A stretch of 64,000 nt of DNA, taken from assembly GCA_905480215.1 (NCBI GenBank), contig CAJQPL010000002.1:31308-95307 (forward strand). The letters run 5' to 3'. Shown here piece after piece: positions 27,542 to 37,024 of the stretch. This DNA comes from an uncultured Woeseiaceae bacterium. Its GTDB lineage: Bacteria > Pseudomonadota > Gammaproteobacteria > Steroidobacterales > Woeseiaceae. The notes under the pieces are model-generated. The model ran no database searches. It worked only from the letters and a program-made list of their open reading frames with translations, and had not been told where the DNA came from. The stretch's first letter is position 1, and the number at the start of each line of letters is the position of its first letter. A program made the position numbers and the translations under genes.

Positions 27542-29636
27542 GTTCTTCCTTGCGGCGATCCCGACCTACTAACAATGCGTCGACAGCCACGGTCGCCTCT
27601 GCGCTTACGATGAGTGGATTCACATCGATCTCTGATAATACGTCACGTAGCGCATGCGCCATGATTGAAAACTGCTCCGCTGCCAGGCAAAAACTCTCGA
27701 CGCTGGCAGCTGGCGCACCACGTACACCATCCAGTAACGCTCGCAGTTTCAGACGATCAATGCAACGACGGGCGTGCTCTGCGCTAAAGGGTGGCAACGC
27801 GAACTGCACATCCGCCAGCGTTTCGGCCAGTACGCCGCCGAAGCCAATTAATACCACCGGTCCAAATTGTGGATCGTGCTTTACTCCCAGTATCATTTCG
27901 ACGCCAGCATCTGCCACTTTGGAAATCAGCACGGCATCGCCCAGACGGCCGCGCATTAACGAATACATTTGCTTGAGTTGCTGTTCGTCAATAATGCCAA
28001 CGACCACACCTGCTTGATCCGACTTGTGTAGCAATCCCGCTTGCGCGGTTTTCAAGACAACCGGATAGCCGCATTTCATTGCGGCACTAACGACGGACTC
28101 TTCATCATTCGCTGCAAGCGGTGCGCTGGTTGGCACGCCGAAGTCGGCCAATAGAGCCAGCGACTCCAACTCTTCAAATGCTTTGCCTTCTCGCAATCGA
28201 TTCTGCCATCGCTTAACGATCTCAGGATCAGGGACACTTAGCTCAATATCGTCGCGAAGCAAGAAGTCGCGGTAAGAAAATAGCGCCTTGACACCGCTCA
28301 GGAACTGACTGACACCATCCAAAACCGGATATCCGGCATGCGTGCTGGTGACAGCCGCCGTATCAGAGCCGCTTCCCTGCGTTGCGGATACCAGCGCGAC
28401 GGGTTTCCCTGCATCCGCCCGCGCGCGCTGCATATAAGTGAGGTAGGCGGGATATATTTTGCCGAACGGTGCCCGGTCGTGAAAAACGACACCCATGGCG
28501 GCCCCTGGATCCTGCATCATCAGCGTCAATCCGCGCGTCATCTGTTCTGCGGCGTCCGGCCCGCCCCTGCTCCAGGCATCCAGCGGATTGACCGCTGGCA
28601 GCTCCGGGTCGATGACAGCTTCAAGTTGTCGCAACGTTTTTTCTTCGAGAACGGTCAGCGGCACCTGCGCCGCGTCGGCCAGGTCAATCAGCAGCTGTCG
28701 CTCGCCACCGGAATCGTGCAGTGACACGAGGCCACCTGAACCCACCGGATGCAGTTCGGCAAACATGATCAGCATCGTGGTGAACGTATCCTGATCGTGT
28801 GCGCGTTGCACTCCATATCGATCGAATAGCGCTTCGTAGGTGGCGTCGTCTCCAGCAAGGGCACCGGAGTGCGATAGCGTCAATCGCGCGGATTCCTCAG
28901 TACGACCGACTTTGAGGGCGACGATAGGTATTCGTCGTTGCGCAGCCTTTCTCAGAGCCGCCTCAAATCCATGCGGATTGCGCGCTGTTTCGATAAACAA
29001 TCCGACCACGCGAGTCTCTGGCAGATCGAGTGCAAAATCGAGGTACTCATCCATCGTCGTATTGAGTTCGTTACCGGCCGAGACCGCGAGATTGATTCTC
29101 AGTCGTTCTTCGCAGTCGATGATTCCGGACATGCCCGCACCGGAATGACTGATGAGTGCGACATTGCCGGGTGCTGCGCGTGTTGCACTATCGAAACCGC
29201 ATGTCCAGACGTAATCACGCACGTTATAGAAACCCATACAGTTCGCGCCGCAAACAATCATTCCGGCTGCTGTGATTTTCTTCTGTATTCGATCCTTGAG
29301 TGGCGGCAAGGAATCATCGTCTAGCACTAAAGTCGATTGAATAACGGCAGCACGCACGCCAGCTGCTATGGCGGCGTCGACAGCTGCCTCGAGTCGCTGG
29401 TCGCCAAGCGCAAACACGACCAGATCGGGCACTTCCGGAAGATCAGCAAGCGTCGCAAAGCACGCATGACCCTGCACTTCATCGTAGGACGGGTTAACCG
29501 CATAGATGCGCCCCTTGAAGCCGCCAATATTGAGGTTTTTGAGCGCCCATTCGCCGATTGTATCGGCGCGCTTCGACGCGCCCATTACAGCGACCGAATT
29601 CGGCCGTAGTAATGGATCAAGCCGATGCTTGCTCAT
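27528..29636 (-). CDS. ADP-forming acyl-CoA synthetase (acetate--CoA ligase family; CoA-binding + ATP-grasp domains)
   Basis: 702 aa. N-terminal CoA-binding 'SVAVMGASKR', 'YAVNP'. 'ISHSGA' phospho-His region. C-terminal ATP-grasp 'GYPVVLK'. Confidence 0.8.
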   Translation of the reverse strand: MSKHRLDPLLRPNSVAVMGASKRADTIGEWALKNLNIGGFKGRIYAVNPSYDEVQGHACFATLADLPEVPDLVVFALGDQRLEAAVDAAIAAGVRAAVIQSTLVLDDDSLPPLKDRIQKKITAAGMIVCGANCMGFYNVRDYVWTCGFDSATRAAPGNVALISHSGAGMSGIIDCEERLRINLAVSAGNELNTTMDEYLDFALDLPETRVVGLFIETARNPHGFEAALRKAAQRRIPIVALKVGRTEESARLTLSHSGALAGDDATYEALFDRYGVQRAHDQDTFTTMLIMFAELHPVGSGGLVSLHDSGGERQLLIDLADAAQVPLTVLEEKTLRQLEAVIDPELPAVNPLDAWSRGGPDAAEQMTRGLTLMMQDPGAAMGVVFHDRAPFGKIYPAYLTYMQRARADAGKPVALVSATQGSGSDTAAVTSTHAGYPVLDGVSQFLSGVKALFSYRDFLLRDDIELSVPDPEIVKRWQNRLREGKAFEELESLALLADFGVPTSAPLAANDEESVVSAAMKCGYPVVLKTAQAGLLHKSDQAGVVVGIIDEQQLKQMYSLMRGRLGDAVLISKVADAGVEMILGVKHDPQFGPVVLIGFGGVLAETLADVQFALPPFSAEHARRCIDRLKLRALLDGVRGAPAASVESFCLAAEQFSIMAHALRDVLSEIDVNPLIVSAEATVAVDALLVGRDRRKEERAKT

Positions 29637-29648
29637 AATCGAAAGCGG

Positions 29649-30845
29649 CTAGTATGGGCCTGGCGGTGTAGCACTGCGCCGTGGCGGAAACCAAAACGGC
29701 TTGTCAACGACCGTCGCTTTCGCCATATACCGACTCCAGTGCATTTCACGTTGGTAATAAATTTCAACCCAAACGTTATCGCCTGGCTTGCCGTGCGGCG
29801 CGCGCACGCTGCCGAGAGCAATATTTTGCTTACACACTGGCGACCAAACTGCTGAGGTGACAAAACCAATCGCTGCTTTGCTCGCCTTCTTGTTCTCGAA
29901 TATGAAAGAACTCACTGCGACCTTGTTGCCTTCGATATCAAGCTTGACCAGTCTCCAGTTCGAACCTTTGCGCTTCTCTTCAGCAAGTGCGCGGCGGCCA
30001 TTGAAATTAGGTTTTTTGAAGTCGACCAACCATTCCAGTCCCAACTCCAGCGGTGAACGAGAATGGCCTGTGCGCACCGTCTCATCGACCGGTAAGAATT
30101 CTTCATACGGAGCAAGGTAACCGGCTTCAACTCGCGCCAACTCCAGAGCATGCACGCCAATGGCCCGAATACCGTGCAATTTTCCAGCCTCAAACAATGC
30201 ATCCCACAACGCTTCCGCTTTATCCGGCTCGATCCACAGTTCGTAGCCCAGGTCGCCGGTAAATCCGGTACGCGAGATCATTAACTCGCTACCTTGAAAA
30301 TCGAAATGCGTCAGGCCAAACGGTTTGAGATCGCCGAGTCCATCTAGACCCATGTTGCTCAAAACACTGAACGACGTCGGTCCCTGCACAGCAAGTCCCG
30401 CTATATCGTCAGTTTCGTGCTTGATAGTTACGTCAAAACCAATCGCGGATGCCTGCAACCACTCAAGGTGACGTTCCTGAGAACAAATTCGATACTCGCC
30501 TTCGCGCAGGTGGAAAATAGTACCGTCGTCGATCACTTGCCCTTGATCATCACACCAAACAGCGTAGGCAACGCGGCCCGGTTTGATCTTCCCCATGTCG
30601 CGAGTGACCAGGCGATTCAGATACTCCAGCGAATCAGCGCCGCTGATTCGATACTTTGTCATCGGCGACAAATCAAACACTGCGGTCGCGTTTCTAATTG
30701 CAAAGTATTCCAGCTCTGAACAGTACAGAGAGTCGGGTGTGGAATAGCCCTTCCACTCATGCCACTCGTTGACAAAGTCGAGCTTCTCGAGCCGCGAATG
30801 AAACGGCGTTTTCAAACGTCCCTGATGAACGGGTTGCCTAATCAT
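29649..30845 (-). CDS. Aminomethyltransferase (GcvT) family protein, folate-dependent
   Basis: 'TPFHSR', 'EYFAIRNATAVFDLSPMTKYRISG', 'LAVQGP', 'GFTGDLGYELW', 'RVEAGY'. This is the classic glycine-cleavage T-protein fold pattern. Confidence 0.8.
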   Translation of the reverse strand: MIRQPVHQGRLKTPFHSRLEKLDFVNEWHEWKGYSTPDSLYCSELEYFAIRNATAVFDLSPMTKYRISGADSLEYLNRLVTRDMGKIKPGRVAYAVWCDDQGQVIDDGTIFHLREGEYRICSQERHLEWLQASAIGFDVTIKHETDDIAGLAVQGPTSFSVLSNMGLDGLGDLKPFGLTHFDFQGSELMISRTGFTGDLGYELWIEPDKAEALWDALFEAGKLHGIRAIGVHALELARVEAGYLAPYEEFLPVDETVRTGHSRSPLELGLEWLVDFKKPNFNGRRALAEEKRKGSNWRLVKLDIEGNKVAVSSFIFENKKASKAAIGFVTSAVWSPVCKQNIALGSVRAPHGKPGDNVWVEIYYQREMHWSRYMAKATVVDKPFWFPPRRSATPPGPY

Positions 30846-32392
30846 GCTGCCTTCTCCCGGTTCAAGATTGTCCGCGCTGCGTTACGTCCAGCTGCGCCAC
30901 TCACGCCACCACCAGGATGCGCTCCTGCACCACACAAATACAAACCCTCGAGCGGCATACTGTACTGCGCTGCACTTGCGACTGGACGCACGAAAAGAAA
31001 TTGGTCCAGAGTCAGCTCTGCGTGGTGCCAATGTCCACCCGTTATATGAAATTCGCGTTCGATGTCCGCGGGCGTAAGCAATTCACTGGCTGTGATGCGC
31101 TCGCTGATATCCGGCGCATAACGTTCGATCGTTCTGATGACGGCCGCTTCGAATTCGGCTTTTGCCGCGTCTGTCCAGCCACCCTTTAGAGCGTATGGCG
31201 CGTATTGCACGACTGCAGACATCACGTGCTTACCGGTCGGCGCCAGCGTTTCGTCACGGAAACTGGGAAAGCTTATCTCGATAACCGGAGCGGGCGAACT
31301 CGCACCATACTTCGCAGGATTAAATGCCCGCTCAACGTAGTCCTCGTCCGGCGCAATAACGATGCGCTCCGCATAGTCTTTCTTCGATAAACCAGCAATG
31401 GCCGGCAAACCATCAAGTGCCAAATGCAGCTTTGCGGCATTACCTTTCGCTCTCAGGTGATGTATGCGACGGGCAAAGCCAGTCTCAAAATGTTTCGCAC
31501 CGACCAACTCCATCATGGTGCGCTTTGGATCTGCATTTGAAATCACGGTGAGACAATCGAAGCGTTCTCCAGATTCGGTTTCAACGCCTGTGGCACGACC
31601 GTTCTCGACAATGACACGTTTCACCGGCATAGCGGTTCGAATCGTCACCCCGGCCGCTCGCGCCGCGTGCGCGAGCTCGTTACTAACACTACCCATTCCG
31701 CCTGCAGGCACTCCGCTGCGGCCATGATCTCCGGCCTGACGGTACAGATAAGTCATGATGGTATTCGGCGAACGCGGGCCCAAGTGTGTGCCCAATACCG
31801 AGTCCAAACTGATGGCACCTTTCAACAACGGGCTATCGAAGCGTTCGTTAACCTCGTCGTGAATGTTCATGCCAATGAGTCGCAGGAATTCGCGCATCTC
31901 GTTCTTGCCGAGTAGCCGCATGTCGAGGCCCAGTTGACCGAGCGTCGCGAGATCCTTGAAGTTCTTTGTTCCAAGGCGCGGCGGTGGCTTGTTGAGATAT
32001 TTGCGCAATAAATCGGAGAATCGTGTCATTCGCTTTCTGAACTGACGATATTGTTCGCGATCTTCGTCAGACACGCCCTCAACCTCGTGGCCCTTCAGTC
32101 TCAAGTGCTTGCCGTCTACGTGCAAAGCAATTGTCGTCATATCCTCACTTGCCAGGCGCGTTGACAGCTTCAGGTCTTTGCGGACTTCTGGCTGCAACTG
32201 GTACAACAGATGCGCGCAAGCTGACACCGAATAGCCATCGGCAAACTCGCGTGTAATTGCGGCACCACCAACTTGCTCATTGGCCTCAAGAACCAGCACA
32301 CGCTTCCCCGCTTTTGCGAGCAAGGCGGAACACACCAGGCCGTTATGACCTGCACCCACTACTATCGCATCGTATTTATCAGTCATCGCCAA
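30842..32392 (-). CDS. NAD(P)/FAD-dependent oxidoreductase, phytoene-desaturase/amine-oxidase (CrtI-like) family
   Basis: 'DAIVVGAGHNGLVCSALLAKAGKRVLVLE' and C-terminal 'LYLCGAGAHPGGGVSGAAGRNAA'. Confidence 0.8.
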   Translation of the reverse strand: MAMTDKYDAIVVGAGHNGLVCSALLAKAGKRVLVLEANEQVGGAAITREFADGYSVSACAHLLYQLQPEVRKDLKLSTRLASEDMTTIALHVDGKHLRLKGHEVEGVSDEDREQYRQFRKRMTRFSDLLRKYLNKPPPRLGTKNFKDLATLGQLGLDMRLLGKNEMREFLRLIGMNIHDEVNERFDSPLLKGAISLDSVLGTHLGPRSPNTIMTYLYRQAGDHGRSGVPAGGMGSVSNELAHAARAAGVTIRTAMPVKRVIVENGRATGVETESGERFDCLTVISNADPKRTMMELVGAKHFETGFARRIHHLRAKGNAAKLHLALDGLPAIAGLSKKDYAERIVIAPDEDYVERAFNPAKYGASSPAPVIEISFPSFRDETLAPTGKHVMSAVVQYAPYALKGGWTDAAKAEFEAAVIRTIERYAPDISERITASELLTPADIEREFHITGGHWHHAELTLDQFLFVRPVASAAQYSMPLEGLYLCGAGAHPGGGVSGAAGRNAARTILNREKAA

Positions 32393-33995
32393 AACTCTCC
32401 GGCACGGTGTTCGGACGTTTGAGATCGCTCAGAATCTCCCTTGCCGCGTTTGCTCCCGGTGCGGCCATTACGCCACCGCCAGGGTGAGTGCTTGATCCGC
32501 ACATATACAAGCCGCCGATCGGCGTGCGGTATTGCGCATAGCCCGGGATCGGTCGGTTGAACAGCAGCTGATCCATGGTTAGCTCACCATGAAAAATATT
32601 GCCTTCGGTAATTCCAATCTCTGCCTCAATATCTTGTGGCGTTCTAATTTCGGCGTGCAGGATCAGGTCTTTGAAGTTCGGACTGTAATTCGAGATCTGG
32701 TTAATTACTGTTTGTCCAAAAGCATCGCGCTCTTCGCTGCTCCAGTCGCGCCCCTCAATTTTGTGCGGGCAGTACTGTACGAAGCAGCTCATGAAATGTT
32801 TGCCCGGAGGTGCCATGGTCGGATCGTTGAGTGTCGGTATGACCATATCGATGTACGGATCTTCCGACCAACGACCGTCTTTCCAGTCATCATAGGCAAG
32901 CTCCATGCGCTCCATCGAATCGATGAAATGCATGTCCGAGTACATCAGTGAACTGCCTTCCGGCAAGGCCGGGAAGTCGGGCAAACCATCAAGCGCGATA
33001 TTTACCTTGCCTGACGAGCCTCGAATCTTGAAATTGTCGACACGATTATGAAATTCCTTGGGAAGATCACTCTTGTCCATGCAGGTCAGGAAGGTCCGCT
33101 TGACGTCCATCGCAGAAACAACAATGTCGGCATGAATCTCATCGCCGTTATCGAGAGCGACGCCACTGACTTTGCCGTTCTTGACGATAAATTTGTCGAC
33201 ACCGGCCTCGGTGCGAATCTCGCCGCCGGCTGCCTGAAGTGCGCCTGCTATAGCATTTGAAACCGCACCCATGCCACCGCGCGCAAATCCCCATGAACCC
33301 ACGTTGCCATCAACATCGCCCATATAGTGATGCAATAAAACATAGGCCGTACCCGGCGAATGAATGCCAAGCGCCGTGCCGATGATGCCGCTACCCGACA
33401 TTGCGGCTTTAATAACGTCGGTCTCGAAATACTCGTCGAGATACTCAGCGACACTCATGGTCCAAAAGCGAATAGTCTCGTACATACGATCTTCGCCCAT
33501 ATCCATGAACTTCCCGCCGATACGTGCGAGTTCCATTAGGTCTTTGGGTTTGAACGACGTTGGATCCGGTGCCGTACTCAGAAGGAAGTCGCGAATGAAA
33601 CGACACTGCCGCATCGTATCAGCGGAATAGCGTTTGTAGGCGTCGGCATCTTTGCGCGAGAAGCGCGCCATTTCCCGATACGCCACCTCGTGGTCGTGAT
33701 ACGACCCGTAGTAGTCGCCATTCTCCATGAACTGGACCGAACCGCCATAGGGCGTTACCTGTAACCCGTGTTTGTGCAATTCAAGTGAACGATAGATCTC
33801 GGGGCGTAACAGGCTGCATACGTAGGAGCAATTTGAGTACCACCAATCTTCGTAGAGATTACGACTAACAGCGGCTCCACCGATGTAATCGTTCTTCTCC
33901 ACGCAGACAACATCCAGGCCGGCCTTGGCGAGATAGGCGGCGTTCGTGAGACCGTTGTGGCCTGCCCCGACGACAATGGCGTCATAGCTTTTCAT
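32379..33995 (-). CDS. NAD(P)/FAD-dependent oxidoreductase, phytoene-desaturase/amine-oxidase (CrtI-like) family (paralogue of the downstream gene)
   Basis: 'DAIVVGAGHNGLTNAAYLAKAGLDVVCVE' and C-terminal 'LYMCGSSTHPGGGVMAAPGANAA'. Confidence 0.8.
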   Translation of the reverse strand: MKSYDAIVVGAGHNGLTNAAYLAKAGLDVVCVEKNDYIGGAAVSRNLYEDWWYSNCSYVCSLLRPEIYRSLELHKHGLQVTPYGGSVQFMENGDYYGSYHDHEVAYREMARFSRKDADAYKRYSADTMRQCRFIRDFLLSTAPDPTSFKPKDLMELARIGGKFMDMGEDRMYETIRFWTMSVAEYLDEYFETDVIKAAMSGSGIIGTALGIHSPGTAYVLLHHYMGDVDGNVGSWGFARGGMGAVSNAIAGALQAAGGEIRTEAGVDKFIVKNGKVSGVALDNGDEIHADIVVSAMDVKRTFLTCMDKSDLPKEFHNRVDNFKIRGSSGKVNIALDGLPDFPALPEGSSLMYSDMHFIDSMERMELAYDDWKDGRWSEDPYIDMVIPTLNDPTMAPPGKHFMSCFVQYCPHKIEGRDWSSEERDAFGQTVINQISNYSPNFKDLILHAEIRTPQDIEAEIGITEGNIFHGELTMDQLLFNRPIPGYAQYRTPIGGLYMCGSSTHPGGGVMAAPGANAAREILSDLKRPNTVPESFGDD

Positions 33996-34025
33996 TTTTA
34001 CGTTGAGCCTCCGGCAGCGACAGTT

Positions 34026-34064
34026 TCTAATTGTTCGGGCTTATTGTTCAAGCTTGTTGTTCGA
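34026..34064. repeat. Three tandem 13-bp direct repeats (core TTGTTC) in the divergent promoter region
   Basis: TCTAATTGTTCGG / GCTTATTGTTCAA / GCTTGTTGTTCGA. Units 2 and 3 match at 11/13 positions; unit 1 matches unit 2 at 9/13. Confidence 0.5.
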
Positions 34065-34078
34065 GTCGTGCTCAGTTA

Positions 34079-34098
34079 ATGAATGAGTATTCATTCAT
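34079..34098. promoter_or_regulatory. Perfect 8-4-8 inverted repeat, candidate TetR-type operator
   Basis: ATGAATGA-GTAT-TCATTCAT, 20 nt upstream of the TetR ATG (34118). It abuts a TATTAT -10-like hexamer (34098-34103). Confidence 0.45.
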
Positions 34099-34117
34099 AT
34101 TATGGCATGATTCCGAA

Positions 34118-34762
34118 ATGGCGACCACCGCAAAATCAGCCAAGAGAACCGCAACGCGTGAGAAGCGGCGCCGGCAACTGATCGATGCTGCAGTGAAATG
34201 CATTGCCCGCAAAGGCCTGGGGAATACAACCATTGGCGACGTCGCGGCAGAAGCCGGGCTGTCTCAGGGCATTGTCAATTTGCACTTCGAAAGCAAAGAT
34301 AACCTGTTCCATGAAACCCTCCGCCAACTCGCCGACGAGTACAAGATGCGTTTCGAGAGTGCTATGAACAAGTCCCGACCGCTTGCTGCCGACAGGTTAC
34401 AAGCCCTCATGGAACTTGATCTCAGTCCGTCGATTTGTGACCGGAAAAAAATTGCTGTCTGGTTCGCATTCTGGGGCGAGGTCAAGTCAAGACCGACCTA
34501 TCGCAAGATATGTGAGAAATTGGACGAGCATTATGATGAAGTAACCAAGGGTCTGTGTGATGAACTGATCGCCGAGGGTAACTACAAAGGAATTTCCGGC
34601 GCCGGCGTATCGACCGTATTGACCTCGATTACGAATGGCTTGTGGCAAACATGCCTGATCAGTCCGAAGTCATTCGACCGACAGCAAGCTATGAGCGCGA
34701 TTAACGAATACCTGCAGAGTATATTTCCGAAACATTTTCCGGTGAATTCCATTGAAGATTGA
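34118..34762 (+). CDS. TetR/AcrR family transcriptional regulator (BetI-like)
   Basis: HTH 'TTIGDVAAEAGLSQGIVNLHF' preceded by 'RRRQLIDAAVKCIARKG'. Started at ATG 34118 (MATTAKS); earlier in-frame starts at 34031 and 34079 are possible. Confidence 0.8.
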   Translation: MATTAKSAKRTATREKRRRQLIDAAVKCIARKGLGNTTIGDVAAEAGLSQGIVNLHFESKDNLFHETLRQLADEYKMRFESAMNKSRPLAADRLQALMELDLSPSICDRKKIAVWFAFWGEVKSRPTYRKICEKLDEHYDEVTKGLCDELIAEGNYKGISGAGVSTVLTSITNGLWQTCLISPKSFDRQQAMSAINEYLQSIFPKHFPVNSIED

Positions 34763-35912
34763 ACTCAGTGAAGAAGCGCAACATTGGCAAGCCGTGGCGC
34801 GCGAGTATGCCGATGACTATTTACAAGCACACGAGGTGGAGGCTGAACTCAATGAAGGCGAGCTGCCCGCAGAAATTTCAAAGCGCAACAAGTATCGCGC
34901 CCTGGAGCTTGGCTTCACTGAAATTGATGTACCGAAAGAGCATGGTGGGCGGGAACTGTCGATGGAGTGCCAGGCCGCCATCTGGGAGCAGCTTGGTCGC
35001 ACCACCAACGCACTCTCCTGGTGTTTTCCCGAGCCGCAGGAATGGATGTTTGATGCCTGTACAGAGCAACAGCTAGAGCAATACGTTCTGCCAATGATGC
35101 GCGGCGAGAAAAAGGACTGCTACGCAATTACTGAATCAGGACCGGGGTCGGATGTTTCAGGTCTCGATGCAACGGCGGTCAAAGATGGTAACGACTATGT
35201 CCTCAATGGCGAGAAGTGGTACGTCACAAGCGCCAATCTTGCGGACTTCTTCTGGTTTCAGGCGCACATACCGGATGAGGATGATGACGCACTGTTTCTT
35301 GTCGATCAGGGAACAGCTGGAATTGAAATTACGGCGACGCCGAAATTTTCACACAGCTACGCAGCACACCACCCCACCTATTTGTTCACTGACGTCCGTG
35401 TCTCTGCCGCTCAGCGCGTCGGCAGGCCCGGCGACGGTATGGCCTACACCCATAGTTGGTTCCGGCATGAACGTCTGATGATCGGCGCTCGCAGCTGCGG
35501 CGCGGCGGCCAGATTGATTGAAGATGCCATGGAATTCGCCAACAACCGCATCGTAGATGGCCTCCCGCTCAGCGAGAAACAGTTGATTCAGGTCATGTTA
35601 GCGGACAGTGCCACTGAGCTATACGCTTCTCGCCTGATGACATTCGCAGCCGCGCGCGCCTGCGATCAGGGTGAAGACCCGAAGGCGCTACACAGTCGTT
35701 GCTCAATGGTGAAGCTGTATGTCTCCGAGATGGCGAACCGGGTTGCAGATCGCGCCGTGCAGATTTTCGGGGGCCGAGGCTACATGAGGGAAAACGTCGC
35801 AGAACGATTCTTCCGTGAACTACGTGTCGACAGGATTTGGGAAGGTACAAGCGAGATTCAACGGCTTATAATTGCCCGATCGCTGCTGAAGCGCGGATTG
35901 GACAAAATGTGA
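34752..35912 (+). CDS. Acyl-CoA dehydrogenase family protein
   Basis: 386 aa. 'YAITESGPGSDVSG', 'GEKWYVTSA', 'RVADRAVQIFGGRGY', 'RIWEGTSEIQRLIIA'. TTG start overlapping the TetR stop by 11 nt. Confidence 0.85.
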   Translation: MKIELSEEAQHWQAVAREYADDYLQAHEVEAELNEGELPAEISKRNKYRALELGFTEIDVPKEHGGRELSMECQAAIWEQLGRTTNALSWCFPEPQEWMFDACTEQQLEQYVLPMMRGEKKDCYAITESGPGSDVSGLDATAVKDGNDYVLNGEKWYVTSANLADFFWFQAHIPDEDDDALFLVDQGTAGIEITATPKFSHSYAAHHPTYLFTDVRVSAAQRVGRPGDGMAYTHSWFRHERLMIGARSCGAAARLIEDAMEFANNRIVDGLPLSEKQLIQVMLADSATELYASRLMTFAAARACDQGEDPKALHSRCSMVKLYVSEMANRVADRAVQIFGGRGYMRENVAERFFRELRVDRIWEGTSEIQRLIIARSLLKRGLDKM

Positions 35913-37024
35913 CGACGATTTTCCACAGGACAGTCTCTCTACTTCTTACATTGGCGCTTGCGAGCGCCTGCAGTAGCGAGTCCGGTGTAAATTCCAACGA
36001 TGAGAACGTTGTCAATGTGTACAACTGGGCTGACTATATTGCCCTCCCCGTTATAGATAAGTTTGAAGCGGAGTATGGCATCAAGGTCAACTACGACGTC
36101 TATGATGCCGCAGCGATTGTTGACGTAAAGCTGCTAACAGGCAATAGCGGTTATGATGTCGTCGTGCATAGCAACCAGTTCTCCTCACGACTGATTGACA
36201 TCGGTGTGTTTCAAAAACTCGACGCCGAGCGATTGCCCAATTTTGCCAACCTCGATCCGGATACCATGGCGGCGATCGACATATATGAGAAGGTCCGCGG
36301 TTATAACTCACCCTATCACTGGGGCTCGACCGGCATCGCATACAACGTCGACATGATTCGTGAACGACTGCCGAATCAAGCCATGGACACTTCAGCGGTA
36401 CTTTTCGATCCGGAGATTGTCTCGAAACTGGCTGACTGCGGCGTGAGTTTTCTCGATGGCACCACCAGCCTCATTCCCATGGCCCTTGCTTACCTGGGAC
36501 TGGATCCTAATGCGATCGACGATGAGAGCCTCGCTTTGGTCGAAGCTCAATTGAAAAAAGTTCGACCGTTTGTTCGATATTTCAGCAATGATAAATTCCT
36601 GTCTGATATGCCGAACAAAGAAATATGCTTAGCAATGACCTGGTCGGGAGACTATGCCGCTTCGGCACGACGGGCCGCTGACGCCGGAATCGATATTCAA
36701 CTGACCTACGTTGTTCCCAGAGAGGGTGCGCCGCTGTGGGTTGACGGCATCTATATTCCAGCAGATGCACCGCACCCGGATAATGCATACAAGTTTTTGA
36801 ACTTTCTACTGCGTGCTGATATCGCTGCGGAGATCGCTGACGATGTCTTGTATGCAAATCCGAACAAGGCTTCGTGGGCATTAATGGAGCAGAGTGCTCT
36901 CGACGACCCGGCAATTTATCCGGATGTAGAAGTATGGTCCCGCCTGTTCGCGGTTGATGCTGCAGATCCTATACGAGAACGGGCGCGAACCAGGACACTT
37001 GCCAGAATTAAGAGCGGCTTATGA
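35909..37024 (+). CDS. potF: Putrescine/spermidine-type periplasmic substrate-binding protein (PotF/PotD family), probable lipoprotein
   Basis: Collinear with E. coli PotF ('VYNWADYI', 'GIKVNYDVYD', 'GYDVVV', 'HWGSTGIAYN', 'CGVSFLD', 'YANPNKA'). A GTG at 35909 overlaps the ACAD stop and gives the signal/lipobox 'LLLTLALASAC'. The ORF-track start at 35837 lies inside the ACAD gene. Confidence 0.8.
   Translation: MTTIFHRTVSLLLTLALASACSSESGVNSNDENVVNVYNWADYIALPVIDKFEAEYGIKVNYDVYDAAAIVDVKLLTGNSGYDVVVHSNQFSSRLIDIGVFQKLDAERLPNFANLDPDTMAAIDIYEKVRGYNSPYHWGSTGIAYNVDMIRERLPNQAMDTSAVLFDPEIVSKLADCGVSFLDGTTSLIPMALAYLGLDPNAIDDESLALVEAQLKKVRPFVRYFSNDKFLSDMPNKEICLAMTWSGDYAASARRAADAGIDIQLTYVVPREGAPLWVDGIYIPADAPHPDNAYKFLNFLLRADIAAEIADDVLYANPNKASWALMEQSALDDPAIYPDVEVWSRLFAVDAADPIRERARTRTLARIKSGL

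Noticed and set aside
29649-35912. Interpreting the GcvT-like, acyl-CoA synthetase and acyl-CoA dehydrogenase genes as a dmdA/dmdB/dmdC DMSP demethylation pathway.
   Set aside because: The ligase is ADP-forming (CoA-binding + ATP-grasp), not an AMP-forming DmdB type. No DmdD/enoyl-CoA hydratase is present. The GcvT-like protein cannot be assigned to the DmdA clade by eye, and the importer is polyamine-type.
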